Source: Bacillales bacterium
Lineage (GTDB): Bacteria; Bacillota; Bacilli; Paenibacillales; CANHCR01
NCBI GenBank assembly: GCA_947459205.1
Contig: CANHCR010000001.1
Location: 74,870 to 138,869 of the forward strand
Direction of reading: 5' to 3'
DNA length: 64,000 bases
Numbering within the stretch: position 1 is the stretch's first letter; each line of letters opens with the position of its first letter. The position numbers and the translations under genes were made by a program. Below the pieces are notes generated by a model. The model searched no databases. It was not told where the DNA came from and saw nothing but the letters and a program-made list of their open reading frames with translations. This document shows, one piece after another, positions 47,896 through 56,915 of the stretch.

Positions 47896-50748
47896 ATGAA
47901 ATTTGCGGTTTTAGATTTTGAGACGACCGGCAGTCAGGCGCACGACAGCGTTATTCAAGCGGGCGTGGCGATTGTCGAGCACGGCAAAGTGACGGAAACA
48001 TATGGATCGCTCGTTTTTACAGAGCAGACGATCCCTGAAGATATACGCCAGTTGACCGGCATTGATCAAGAGGACTTGCTCGATGCTCCCACGCTGGAGG
48101 AAGTAATGGGCGAAATGGTGCGCTTGCTGGACGGAGCAGTCCTTTGTGCACATAACGCTTCGTTTGATGTTGGCTTTTTGCAACGTTCGCTTCAGCTTTG
48201 CGGACTTCCGCGCTTTAAGGGACGTGTGCTCGATACGGTGGAAATGGCGCGCATCTGCTTTCCGACGTTGCCGGCTCTTAATTTGGGGATGCTGTCGGCG
48301 CATTTTGGCATCGTTCACGATCGTCCGCATCAGGCGGATAGCGACGCACTCGCCACTGCGGAGGTGTTGCTTCGCTGTTTAGCTCGCATTCGCACATGGC
48401 CGCTGCTCGTTGCGCAGCGCGTCGACGATGTGCTGCGGCCTTACAGTAACGCCGACATCGCATGGTTTTTCAAGCAGATGCGCGAGGAGCGGGAAGCGGC
48501 GGTTGCACTTGATACGAACAATCATCGCTACCATCGCCGTTTTTCATTGGCGGTGCAAAATTGGGGCGAAACAGCAGACAATCAATCGTCGCCATTTGTC
48601 GAACAATGGCAGCACGGCTCGTTCGCCGATTTTTACGAACAATTGAAAGACAAGTTGCGCGCGAAGTTTGCCAATTACGAGGAGCGAGCGGCACAGGATG
48701 AGATGATTGCATCGGTGTTTGAGACGCTTGAGCATGAACAACACTTGCTCGTAGAAGCGGGCACAGGGACGGGCAAATCGCTCGCTTATTTGATTTCCTC
48801 TTTGTTTTACGCGCTCAAAAATGAAGAAAAAATGGTCGTCGGCACGCATACCATTAATTTGATGGAGCAACTTGTCACGCGCGATGTACCGCTTTTGCAG
48901 GAACTGTGGCCAGGCTCGTTTGAGGCGGCAATCGTCAAAGGTCGCAACCATTACATGTGCTTGCGCAAATTTGAGCATTCCATCAATGGCAATGAGTTTT
49001 CGCCAACGCATGATATGTACATCACGGCGGCGCAGCTGATTGTATGGCTCAATGAGACGCAGACAGGTGACGATGAAGAACTGCAGTTTTGGCAAAAGGG
49101 CAAAGACTTTTGGAAATTGGTCGAAAGCGATTCACAGTCTTGCCTGAATCGCGCTTGTCCATGGTACAAAAAATGTTTCTACCATCGTTCGCGTCATGAG
49201 GCGAATCGCGCCGATTTGATCATTACCAATCACTCGATGGTATTTGCTGACATGCAAACGGACAACAAATTGTTGCCGCCGTACGAGCATGTGGTCATCG
49301 ACGAGGCGCACCATTTTGAAGATGCGGCGGGTAAGCATTTCGGCATCGAATTGACACATCCCGGATTTCTCAATACACTGTTTCGCCTCTACCGTGATCA
49401 GCGCAACGGGCAGTTGCCGTTGTTTCGCAGCCGCTTGCGTGCTTTTACGGAACCGGAAATGAGCGCGCTGTCGGTGTTGGTTGAGCAAATGATGGAGTTT
49501 TGCGTCACTGTCAAAGAATATTGGGAGCAACTTAGTGAAGTGATGTTTCTCCTGTTGCAACGGTTCGGCGGCCAAAGCGACGGCGAACAAGAACAGTATG
49601 TGCTTCGTTTGAAGCCGGGCGAAGCGCCTGCTGACTGGGACAAACTGCAATTGTTGGCTGCCAATCTTTGCCTCACCTGTACCGATCTTTTAAAAGGCTT
49701 CGAAAAATTGACGAACGGTTTGCGCGAATCAGATTATGAGCAGGAATTTCAGGGTGCGCTGACCGACTTGAGCGGTGCGCTCCAACAGTTGCTGCGGCTG
49801 CGCGACAACGTTGAGTTTTTCTTCGCTTTGCAAAATGTAGATTACGTCTATTGGCTGGAAGCGAGCAGTAAAAATCACGTCAAGTCGCTGCACTATTTCG
49901 CCACGCCAATCGATGTCAGTGGCCTGTTGCGCGATGCATTTTTTGAACAAAAACAGAGTGTCATTATGACCTCGGCGACGCTATCTGTCGACCAATCATT
50001 CTCTCATCTGACCGAGCGACTTGGTCTGAAGCAAGCGCAGGAAGATGGCAAATTGCAAACGAAACAGTTGAGTTCGCCGTTTGCCTATGAGAAGCAAGCG
50101 CTCGTCTGTATCCCGAACGATTTTCCTGATGTGCGCGGCAACGGCGACGGTGGCTTTGTCGCGGCGCTTGTCGATTCGCTGACAAATGTCGCACGCGTGA
50201 CGAAGGGGCGCATGCTCGTGCTGTTCACTTCGAATCGGATGTTGAAACAAGTGCACGCGCAGTTGCAACCGGTTTGTGCCAGGTACGGAATCCGCGTACT
50301 CGCACAAAACGTTACGACTACCAGTCGCAGCAAGTTGACGCGAATGTTTCAAGAACACGCCAACTGTGTGCTGCTTGGGACGAGCAGTTTTTGGGAAGGA
50401 GTCGACATCCCAGGCGACGCGCTTAGCTGTTTGGCGATTGTCCGGCTGCCGTTTCAGCCGCCCACACATCCGCTGTTCGAGGCGAAAAGCGAGCACCTAA
50501 AGGCGCAAAACAAAAATTCGTTTATGCAACTGGCGGTGCCGCAAGCGGTCATCCGTTTCAAACAAGGATTCGGACGACTCATTCGCACCGCGGCCGACCG
50601 AGGCATCGTCATTTTGTACGATGGCAGAGTCATCCACACGCGCTACGGTGCACATTTCTTGCGTTCATTGCCGTCGCCTCGCATCGAACGGATGCCGAGC
50701 GAACAGTTGCCGACGCGAATTGCCTCATGGTTGCAGGAATTGTCGTAA
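47896..50748 (+). CDS. dinG: DinG-family helicase with an N-terminal DEDD 3'-5' exonuclease domain
   Basis: Exo motif I FAVLDFETTG, exo III HQADSDALATAEV, helicase motif I EAGTGTGKSLAYL and DEAH box VIDEAHHF; 950 aa. Synteny panD-dinG. Confidence 0.9.
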   Translation: MKFAVLDFETTGSQAHDSVIQAGVAIVEHGKVTETYGSLVFTEQTIPEDIRQLTGIDQEDLLDAPTLEEVMGEMVRLLDGAVLCAHNASFDVGFLQRSLQLCGLPRFKGRVLDTVEMARICFPTLPALNLGMLSAHFGIVHDRPHQADSDALATAEVLLRCLARIRTWPLLVAQRVDDVLRPYSNADIAWFFKQMREEREAAVALDTNNHRYHRRFSLAVQNWGETADNQSSPFVEQWQHGSFADFYEQLKDKLRAKFANYEERAAQDEMIASVFETLEHEQHLLVEAGTGTGKSLAYLISSLFYALKNEEKMVVGTHTINLMEQLVTRDVPLLQELWPGSFEAAIVKGRNHYMCLRKFEHSINGNEFSPTHDMYITAAQLIVWLNETQTGDDEELQFWQKGKDFWKLVESDSQSCLNRACPWYKKCFYHRSRHEANRADLIITNHSMVFADMQTDNKLLPPYEHVVIDEAHHFEDAAGKHFGIELTHPGFLNTLFRLYRDQRNGQLPLFRSRLRAFTEPEMSALSVLVEQMMEFCVTVKEYWEQLSEVMFLLLQRFGGQSDGEQEQYVLRLKPGEAPADWDKLQLLAANLCLTCTDLLKGFEKLTNGLRESDYEQEFQGALTDLSGALQQLLRLRDNVEFFFALQNVDYVYWLEASSKNHVKSLHYFATPIDVSGLLRDAFFEQKQSVIMTSATLSVDQSFSHLTERLGLKQAQEDGKLQTKQLSSPFAYEKQALVCIPNDFPDVRGNGDGGFVAALVDSLTNVARVTKGRMLVLFTSNRMLKQVHAQLQPVCARYGIRVLAQNVTTTSRSKLTRMFQEHANCVLLGTSSFWEGVDIPGDALSCLAIVRLPFQPPTHPLFEAKSEHLKAQNKNSFMQLAVPQAVIRFKQGFGRLIRTAADRGIVILYDGRVIHTRYGAHFLRSLPSPRIERMPSEQLPTRIASWLQELS

Positions 50749-50792
50749 AAAAAGCGAATGTTTAGCAAGAGTGTGAGCAATGGGTTGGGGGG

Positions 50793-51422
50793 ATGATTGT
50801 GAAAAAGGTGAAAATATCGGATGCGGTTGTTCGTAGGCTGCCCATTTATTTGCGTTTTTTAACGGAACTGCACAATCAAAAGATCAAAACGGTCTCATCG
50901 GCTTCGCTTGGTCAAAAACTTGACATGAATCCTGCACAAATTCGCAAGGACTTAGCCTATTTCGGTGAGTTTGGACAGAAGGGCGTCGGTTATGACGTTG
51001 ACTTTTTAATCGATAAAATTCGCAACATTCTCAAACTCAATCAGCAAATCTATGTGGCGCTGGTCGGTGCCGGCAACCTGGGTCGGGCGCTCTGTAACTA
51101 TAACATGTATTTGAAGGACAACATGAAAATTGTCGCTGTGTTTGATGCTGGCGATAGCAAAATCGGTGAACGCATCAATGATTTGATCGTACAGCCGATG
51201 GCCGAGTTGCGACAGACGATTGCCGAACGTGCGATTCGCATCGGTATTATTACCGTGCCGGCCGATGAAGCGCCGACGGTGGCGAAACAATTTGCTGATG
51301 CAGGTGTGGAAGCGATTCTCAACTTTGCGCCCGTCAAAATCAGGCTCCCCAAAGAAATTCGCGTGCATAATGCCGATTTTACGACGGAACTGCAAAGTTT
51401 GGCATTTTATTTGGATGAATAA
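50793..51422 (+). CDS. rex: Redox-sensing transcriptional repressor Rex (start possibly GTG 50799)
   Basis: RRLPIYLRFL, the winged helix and the Rossmann motif VALVGAGNLGRAL. C-terminal FTTELQSLAFYL. Confidence 0.88.
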   Translation: MIVKKVKISDAVVRRLPIYLRFLTELHNQKIKTVSSASLGQKLDMNPAQIRKDLAYFGEFGQKGVGYDVDFLIDKIRNILKLNQQIYVALVGAGNLGRALCNYNMYLKDNMKIVAVFDAGDSKIGERINDLIVQPMAELRQTIAERAIRIGIITVPADEAPTVAKQFADAGVEAILNFAPVKIRLPKEIRVHNADFTTELQSLAFYLDE

Positions 51423-51443
51423 ACGAAGAAAGAGGAGCAACTT

Positions 51444-52739
51444 ATGTCGCGCATCGTCATTGAAAATGGAACGTTTTTGAGTATGGTCGAAGGAGAGTCG
51501 GTATTTCGCGGCTATCTGGTGGTGGAAGCGGACCGCATCGCTTCCATCGGCGAGTCAGCACCAGCGCAACTGGACGGTGATGTACGCATTGATGGGCACG
51601 GCAAATTGTATATGCCCGGTCTAGTGAATACGCATGGCCATGCAGCTATGTCCTTGTTGCGCGGTGTCGGTGACGATCTAGCGTTGCAGGTATGGTTGGA
51701 ACAAAAAATGTGGCCGCTTGAGGCGAAGTTTAACGCGGCTGACGTGCGTGTTGGCAGCGAACTGTCCATCTTGGAAATGTTGAAGGGCGGTACCACGAGT
51801 TTCGTCGACATGTACTCCTTTATGGACGAAGTGGCGCAAGTGGTTGAAACGTCGGGTATCCGCGGATGTTTGACACGCGGCGTAATCGGCTATTGTCCGC
51901 CTGACGAAGCGGCGGCTAAACTGGTTGAAGCGCGCGCTTTCGCAAAGGATTGGCACGGCCGTGCGGATGGACGCATCACGACGATGATGGCGCCGCATGC
52001 TCCGTACACCTGTCCGCCAGAATATATCGAAAAAATTGTTGCCATCGCCGAAGAGTTGCAGTTGCCGATTCATACGCATCTGTCAGAAACGCGTGGCGAG
52101 GTCGAGCGTCATGAGCAGCAGTACGGCATTCGTCCAGTCGAACATTTGCGCAGACTAGGCGTCTTTAACCGTCCGTGTATCGTCGCACACGGCGTCCATT
52201 TGAACGACGAAGAAATCGAAATTTGTCGTGCTCACGACGTGCGCATTTCCCATAATCCGGGCAGTAACTTGAAGTTGGCCAGCGGTATCGCACGTGTGCC
52301 GGAATATTTGCGTGCTGGCTTGCTCGTGTCGCTCGGCACGGATAGTGCAGCTAGTAATAACAATTTGGATATGTTCGAAGAGGTTCGCTTGGCGGCGCTT
52401 ATCCATAAAGGCGTGAGCGGCGATCCGACTGCCGTCCCCGCGTTCACAGCGCTTAGCATGGCCACGTCAATCGGCGCACGTTCGATTTGGTTGGAAGAAG
52501 TCGGTCTTTTGCAGGCCGGGATGAAAGCCGACTTGATTGCCATCGATATCGACCAACCGCATTTTCAGCCGCTCACTGACCTCGTTTCTCATATCGTGTA
52601 CGCTGCGGCTGCGCAAGATGTGACCGACGTTTTTGTCGACGGCAAGCAACTGGTCCGCAATCGCCAATGTTTGACGCTCGACGAAGAACGAATTAAGGCA
52701 GAAGCGAATCAAGCGCTTCTAAGGCTGCGCAGTTCATAA
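51444..52739 (+). CDS. mtaD: Amidohydrolase, 5-methylthioadenosine/S-adenosylhomocysteine deaminase-like (MtaD)
   Basis: PGLVNTHGHAAMSLLRG metal-binding HxH, IHTHLSET, and later HGVHL...LGTDSAASNN. Confidence 0.8.
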   Translation: MSRIVIENGTFLSMVEGESVFRGYLVVEADRIASIGESAPAQLDGDVRIDGHGKLYMPGLVNTHGHAAMSLLRGVGDDLALQVWLEQKMWPLEAKFNAADVRVGSELSILEMLKGGTTSFVDMYSFMDEVAQVVETSGIRGCLTRGVIGYCPPDEAAAKLVEARAFAKDWHGRADGRITTMMAPHAPYTCPPEYIEKIVAIAEELQLPIHTHLSETRGEVERHEQQYGIRPVEHLRRLGVFNRPCIVAHGVHLNDEEIEICRAHDVRISHNPGSNLKLASGIARVPEYLRAGLLVSLGTDSAASNNNLDMFEEVRLAALIHKGVSGDPTAVPAFTALSMATSIGARSIWLEEVGLLQAGMKADLIAIDIDQPHFQPLTDLVSHIVYAAAAQDVTDVFVDGKQLVRNRQCLTLDEERIKAEANQALLRLRSS

Positions 52740-52741
52740 CG

Positions 52742-53236
52742 ATGAAAATCGGCAAACGGTGGTTATTTCTCGCGCTATTCATTGTCGTATTGCTCGTCAG
52801 CGTTGCATTTTGGTTCGTCTATAGCATCGACGACGAGCTTGCGTCACGCACGGCAGATCGCATCGCCTATGCAAAAAAACATACGTCACTCAAAAAAGTA
52901 GGTACTGTTTATTCTTTCGTATCTGACAAACACTATACTGTAATTAGCGGCTTCAATCGCGATGGCGAGAAAATGATCGTTTGGTTGGGGCGTAATGATG
53001 TGCTCGAAAAATATGCAGTCGAAGGGATCAGTGCTGTCGACGCCAAGCAACGAGTGCTTGTTGAGCGACCGAAAGCGCAAGTGTTGCGCATTACGCCCGG
53101 CGTCGTTGATGACGAGCCTGCGTGGGAGGTATACTATACTTTCACCGATCAGCAGGGTGCCAAACGTTTGGCATATAACTATTATCGTTTCGAAGACGGT
53201 AGCGCACTGCGCAGCGTGATTTTGCCAAAACCATAA
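52742..53236 (+). CDS. YpmB-like membrane-anchored PepSY-type protein
   Basis: N-terminal TM followed by PepSY-like repeats (…ISAVDAKQRVLVERPKAQVLRITPGVVDDEPAWEVYY). ypmB lies in this neighbourhood in B. subtilis. Confidence 0.6.
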   Translation: MKIGKRWLFLALFIVVLLVSVAFWFVYSIDDELASRTADRIAYAKKHTSLKKVGTVYSFVSDKHYTVISGFNRDGEKMIVWLGRNDVLEKYAVEGISAVDAKQRVLVERPKAQVLRITPGVVDDEPAWEVYYTFTDQQGAKRLAYNYYRFEDGSALRSVILPKP

Positions 53237-53254
53237 TATCAAATCAGACTGAAG

Positions 53255-54568
53255 GTGAAACGGATGCAAACTCCAGAATGTACGTGTTCGATTGCGCAGG
53301 TTGGTGCATACGTGACGCAACAAGTGACGATCGGCGCATGGCTATCAAAAAGTCGTTCAAGTGGCAAAATTCAGTTTCTCCAACTTCGCGACGGCAGTGG
53401 CTTTATACAGGCAGTACTCGTCAAAAGTGAAGTGACTGAGGAAGTGTGGCAGGCTGGTCAACAATTGACGCAGGAAAGTTCACTATATGTTACCGGTGTG
53501 GTCCGTGAAGATCCACGCAGTCCAGGTGGCTATGAACTGTCCGTGACGAATGTACACATCATCCAAATCGCTGATGGCTATCCTATTACGCCCAAAGAGC
53601 ATGGCGTTGATTTTTTGATGGACCATCGTCATCTATGGTTACGCAGTCCGCGCCAACGTGCGATATTGCGTATCCGCGCTCAGATTGTGCGCGCGATTCA
53701 GCAATTTTTTGATGAGCGCGGCTTCACGCTCGTCGATCCGCCGATTTTGACCCCTTCTTCTTGTGAAGGGACGACCAACCTGTTTCAAACGAAATATTTT
53801 GACGAAGACGCGTATTTGACGCAGAGTGGTCAACTTTATATGGAAGCAGCTGCGATGGCGCTCGGTAAAGTGTACTCCTTCGGACCAACGTTTCGTGCGG
53901 AAAAATCGAAAACGCGCCGTCACCTCATCGAGTTTTGGATGATTGAACCAGAAATGGCGTTTGTCGATCATGAACAAAACTTGCGTGTCCAAGAGCAGTT
54001 TATTGAAGCCATCGTCCAATCGGTGTTGGCGAATTGCCGCGATGAGTTGCAAACGATTGAACGCGATACGAGTAAATTGCAACAGATTCAGGCGCCGTTT
54101 CCGCGCATCAGCTATGACGACGCGATACGCTTTTTGCAAGAGCGCGGTCACGACATTCAATGGGGCGATGATTTTGGGGCGCCGCATGAGACGGAAATCG
54201 CCGCCTCGTATGATAAACCAGTGTTCATTACGTGCTATCCGACGGAAATCAAGGCTTTCTACATGAAGCCAGACCCGCAGCGCCCAGAAGTAGTGCTCTG
54301 TGCCGACCTGATTGCACCGGAAGGATACGGCGAGATTATTGGCGGCAGTCAGCGCATTGATGATCCGCAGTTGCTAACGGAGCGCTATGAGGAGCATGAA
54401 CTGTCAACCGAAGCTTATCAGTGGTATATGGATTTGCGCAAATATGGCACGGTACCACACTCCGGTTTTGGACTCGGTCTAGAGCGGACGGTGGCTTGGA
54501 TTTGCGGACTTGAGCATGTGCGTGAAACGATTCCGTTTCCGAGATTGTTATATCGACTGTACCCATAG
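53255..54568 (+). CDS. asnS: Asparagine--tRNA ligase (start possibly ATG 53264)
   Basis: OB-fold N-terminus ([16 protein letters not shown]) and class II motifs [21 protein letters not shown] and [13 protein letters not shown]. Confidence 0.93.
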   Translation: MKRMQTPECTCSIAQVGAYVTQQVTIGAWLSKSRSSGKIQFLQLRDGSGFIQAVLVKSEVTEEVWQAGQQLTQESSLYVTGVVREDPRSPGGYELSVTNVHIIQIADGYPITPKEHGVDFLMDHRHLWLRSPRQRAILRIRAQIVRAIQQFFDERGFTLVDPPILTPSSCEGTTNLFQTKYFDEDAYLTQSGQLYMEAAAMALGKVYSFGPTFRAEKSKTRRHLIEFWMIEPEMAFVDHEQNLRVQEQFIEAIVQSVLANCRDELQTIERDTSKLQQIQAPFPRISYDDAIRFLQERGHDIQWGDDFGAPHETEIAASYDKPVFITCYPTEIKAFYMKPDPQRPEVVLCADLIAPEGYGEIIGGSQRIDDPQLLTERYEEHELSTEAYQWYMDLRKYGTVPHSGFGLGLERTVAWICGLEHVRETIPFPRLLYRLYP

Positions 54569-54596
54569 AGCATGGCAGAGAGGGGAGTCACGAATC

Positions 54597-55295
54597 GTGA
54601 GTTTGGACAAACAACTGAAAGAAGCATATGCGCAAGGCATGTTAGAGGCGCTGCATCAACCTGGGATGCAGTTGCCTTTCTTTGTCACGCGCTATTACCG
54701 ACAATGCGGGTTGAACGAATGCGAAGCGATGATTGTGTTGCAACTCATGGCTTTTCGCGCCCAAGGGAATGAATTTCCGCTTGTGCAAGACATGGAGAAG
54801 CAGATGAGCGTGAAAGCAAATGTGATTGTGCAAAGTTTGCAAAAGTTGCTGCAAATCGGCTATTTGCTGATCGATGAAAATGTCGATGAGGGAAGTGGTA
54901 TACGTAGTGAAGGTTATAACTTGACGCCGTTGTTGCTGAAAATGTTTGAACTGCACGCGGCCACTCAAAAGCAAAACAAAGCAACTACGCCAACTTCCAT
55001 TAAAAAACAGCCGGGCGGACAAGCGCCGACTGTCCAGGATAAATCAGTACACCAAATGTTCGAAGAAGAGTTTGGAAGGTTGCTGTCGCCGATGGAATGC
55101 GAAACCATCAGCAAATGGCTGGACGAGGAACAATATGCGCAAGCGCTCGTGTTACATGCCTTACGTGAGGCAGTGTTTGCTGGCAAACTCAACTTCCGTT
55201 ATATCGACCGCATATTGCTGGAATGGCAACAACATAAAGTGCGGACCGTAGAGCAGGCGAAAGAACACGCCGCCAATTTTCGCGGACTACGCTGA
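54597..55295 (+). CDS. dnaD: DNA replication initiation protein DnaD
   Basis: C-terminal DnaD/DnaB-type domain FEEEFGRLLSPMECETISKWLDEE..ALVLHALREAVFAGKLNFRYIDRILLEWQQHKV. GAGAGGGGAG lies 9 nt upstream of GTG 54597. Synteny asnS-dnaD. Confidence 0.8.
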   Translation: MSLDKQLKEAYAQGMLEALHQPGMQLPFFVTRYYRQCGLNECEAMIVLQLMAFRAQGNEFPLVQDMEKQMSVKANVIVQSLQKLLQIGYLLIDENVDEGSGIRSEGYNLTPLLLKMFELHAATQKQNKATTPTSIKKQPGGQAPTVQDKSVHQMFEEEFGRLLSPMECETISKWLDEEQYAQALVLHALREAVFAGKLNFRYIDRILLEWQQHKVRTVEQAKEHAANFRGLR

Positions 55296-55316
55296 GCGAG
55301 TTTACGCTGAGCGAGT
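55288..55316. repeat. Two copies of TACGCTGAGCGAGT at a 15-bp period, at the convergent dnaD/spo0E-like junction
   Basis: Copies lie at 55288-55301 and 55303-55316. Copy 1 holds the dnaD stop (TGA 55293-55295). Copy 2, read on the minus strand, encodes the last residues (TRSA) of the Spo0E-like ORF; its TAA stop (55302-55304) straddles the spacer nucleotide and copy 2. Confidence 0.85.
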
Positions 55317-55517
55317 CGAGTGGACCGTGCTCGCTGCTGTTTTTTTCGCTTGCAGTTGGTAGTACATGCTGATTTTCTCGTCGAGCAACTGGCTTAGTTC
55401 AATCACGCGGCAATCTCCGAGGTGCGTTGTTTGCGCGACCAAATCATGCAGTTGTTCGCGAAGCATGCGAATTTCTTGTTTCAATTTGTCGCTGATCTTG
55501 TCGATAGATATTGGCAT
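55302..55517 (-). CDS. Spo0E-family aspartyl-phosphate phosphatase-like sporulation regulator
   Basis: 71 aa. IRMLREQLHDLV....LGDCRVIELSQLLDEKISMYY fits the Spo0E family pattern (SQxLDxxI). GAGGTGG RBS lies upstream of ATG 55517. Confidence 0.65.
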   Translation of the reverse strand: MPISIDKISDKLKQEIRMLREQLHDLVAQTTHLGDCRVIELSQLLDEKISMYYQLQAKKTAASTVHSTRSA

Positions 55518-55583
55518 CCATGCCACCTCTTTTTAGGTTGAGTTGAAAGCGATTACACCAAAAATGTTAATACATTTGTTGCG

Positions 55584-56252
55584 TTAATTCAACAAATCAT
55601 TTTCGTCACGTTTCGACAAATCAATCGCTCTTACAAGTTCTGCTGCTCGTTTTGTGATTTGTTGGTAATCACCGTTCGCAATCGCTTGCTGATCCAGCAC
55701 CGAACTACCGACACCGACAGCATAACACCCAAGTCGGATGAACTTAGAAACGTTTGTTACATCGATGCCGCCTAACGCCATCATTGGAATGTGTCCGAGC
55801 GGACCTTGCAATTCTCGGATGATTTCCAATGTACGAGAGCCTGTCGGAAAAATTTTCACAGCGGTTGCACCGCTTTGCCAGGCTACGACAATTTCCGTCG
55901 GTGTGTATGCGCCTGGGAAGATCGGTACAGCCGCTTTGTTCGCCAACTCGATAACGGCAACATCCGTATTTGGCGTCACTAGAAATTGCGCGCCAGCCGC
56001 CAGTGCTGTACGGGCTTCCGCAACATTTGTTACGGTCCCCGCACCGACAAACATCCGCTCGCCAGCATGCTGTACCAACCGCTCAATCAGACGCGGTGCA
56101 CCATCCGTATTCATCGTTATTTCCAGCACGCGAACGCCGCCCTCCAATAATGCATCGGCTACTGGCAACAAGTGTTTGCTGCCAAGGCCGCGCGAGATGA
56201 CCATCAACCGACTATTCGTCAGTGCCGTCAATCCATCTGCCGTTTGCATCAC
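55584..56252 (-). CDS. eda: 2-dehydro-3-deoxyphosphogluconate / 4-hydroxy-2-oxoglutarate aldolase (Eda family)
   Basis: VLEITMNTDGA...VGAGTVTN..EARTALAAGAQFLVTPN...PGAYTPTE....GATAVKIFP, including the Schiff-base Lys context. Confidence 0.88.
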   Translation of the reverse strand: MMQTADGLTALTNSRLMVISRGLGSKHLLPVADALLEGGVRVLEITMNTDGAPRLIERLVQHAGERMFVGAGTVTNVAEARTALAAGAQFLVTPNTDVAVIELANKAAVPIFPGAYTPTEIVVAWQSGATAVKIFPTGSRTLEIIRELQGPLGHIPMMALGGIDVTNVSKFIRLGCYAVGVGSSVLDQQAIANGDYQQITKRAAELVRAIDLSKRDENDLLN

Positions 56253-56353
56253 TACTCATCCCACTTTCTTGAATATGCTAATTTGATGACATAAATACTT
56301 AAAAAGATGATGATGGCGGCGACAACTCCCGCCAATACGAACACAACACCCAT
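56252..56353 (-). CDS. Candidate 33-aa single-TM micropeptide translationally coupled to eda (not in the ORF track because it is under 60 aa)
   Basis: The minus strand reads GAGGTG-N8-ATG, encoding MGVVFVLAGVVAAIIIFLSIYVIKLAYSRKWDE. Its TAG stop overlaps the eda GTG start by 1 nt (TAGTG). It sits just downstream of the cytochrome c terminator. Confidence 0.35.
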   Translation of the reverse strand: MGVVFVLAGVVAAIIIFLSIYVIKLAYSRKWDE

Positions 56354-56385
56354 CTTCACTTCACCTCAAATTTGAACTCATGCAC

Positions 56386-56414
56386 AAAACAAAAAACGAG
56401 AGCGATTCGCTCTC
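56386..56414 (-). terminator. Rho-independent terminator after the cytochrome c gene
   Basis: Perfect 7-bp stem GAGAGCG-ATT-CGCTCTC (56398-56414). On the minus strand it is followed by GTTTTTTGTTTT. Confidence 0.8.
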
Positions 56415-56470
56415 ATTATTTTGCCAAGTCGATTTAAAATTATGTTCAGTTCTGCTTGTGACTTCCGTTT

Positions 56471-56860
56471 TTATTGCGCTTTCTGTTTGCTGAGCCATTC
56501 AGCTAATGCATTCATATCAGCATCAGTCAAACCTTGTGCGATGTTCGCATCGTATTGTGCGCCCATCGTGCCGACACCTTCTTTAATAATTTTCATGATC
56601 GCGTCTTTGTCGTGTTTGTCACCGACGCCAAGTAGGGATGGTCCCATCGTGCCTTTCAAATCCGTACCGTGACACATCAAGCAAGTAGATTTCTGATACA
56701 CATTCTTGTTCGCCGGATCACTCTCGGCTACGAGCACCGCAGGTTTTTTGATTACCGTTTCCGCACCTTCCTCTGGTTTATCGGACGGGGATAATACCAA
56801 GTAACCGACACCGAACACACAGCCTCCGAAAAACAAAACGGCCATAATCCATTTGTACAT
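56471..56860 (-). CDS. Membrane-anchored c-type cytochrome (CccA/CccB-like)
   Basis: N-terminal TM (WIMAVLFFGGCVFGVGYLVL), heme-binding CLMCH motif and a distal Met region. AAAGGAG RBS. Confidence 0.85.
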   Translation of the reverse strand: MYKWIMAVLFFGGCVFGVGYLVLSPSDKPEEGAETVIKKPAVLVAESDPANKNVYQKSTCLMCHGTDLKGTMGPSLLGVGDKHDKDAIMKIIKEGVGTMGAQYDANIAQGLTDADMNALAEWLSKQKAQ

Positions 56861-56915
56861 AATCGAAGCTCCTTTTTATTCAATTTCTTTACTAATCATA
56901 ACGGAAAACAACAAG

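Noticed and set aside
53639-54187. 182-aa minus-strand ORF antisense to asnS. Similar shadows lie at 48544-49095 and 49132-49650 (dinG), 59398-60009 (queC), 55738-56286 (eda), 57247-57744 and 57609-58079 (PPIase gene), and 69-563 (first ORF).
   Set aside because: All lie entirely within strongly supported genes on the opposite strand and show no family-like motifs.
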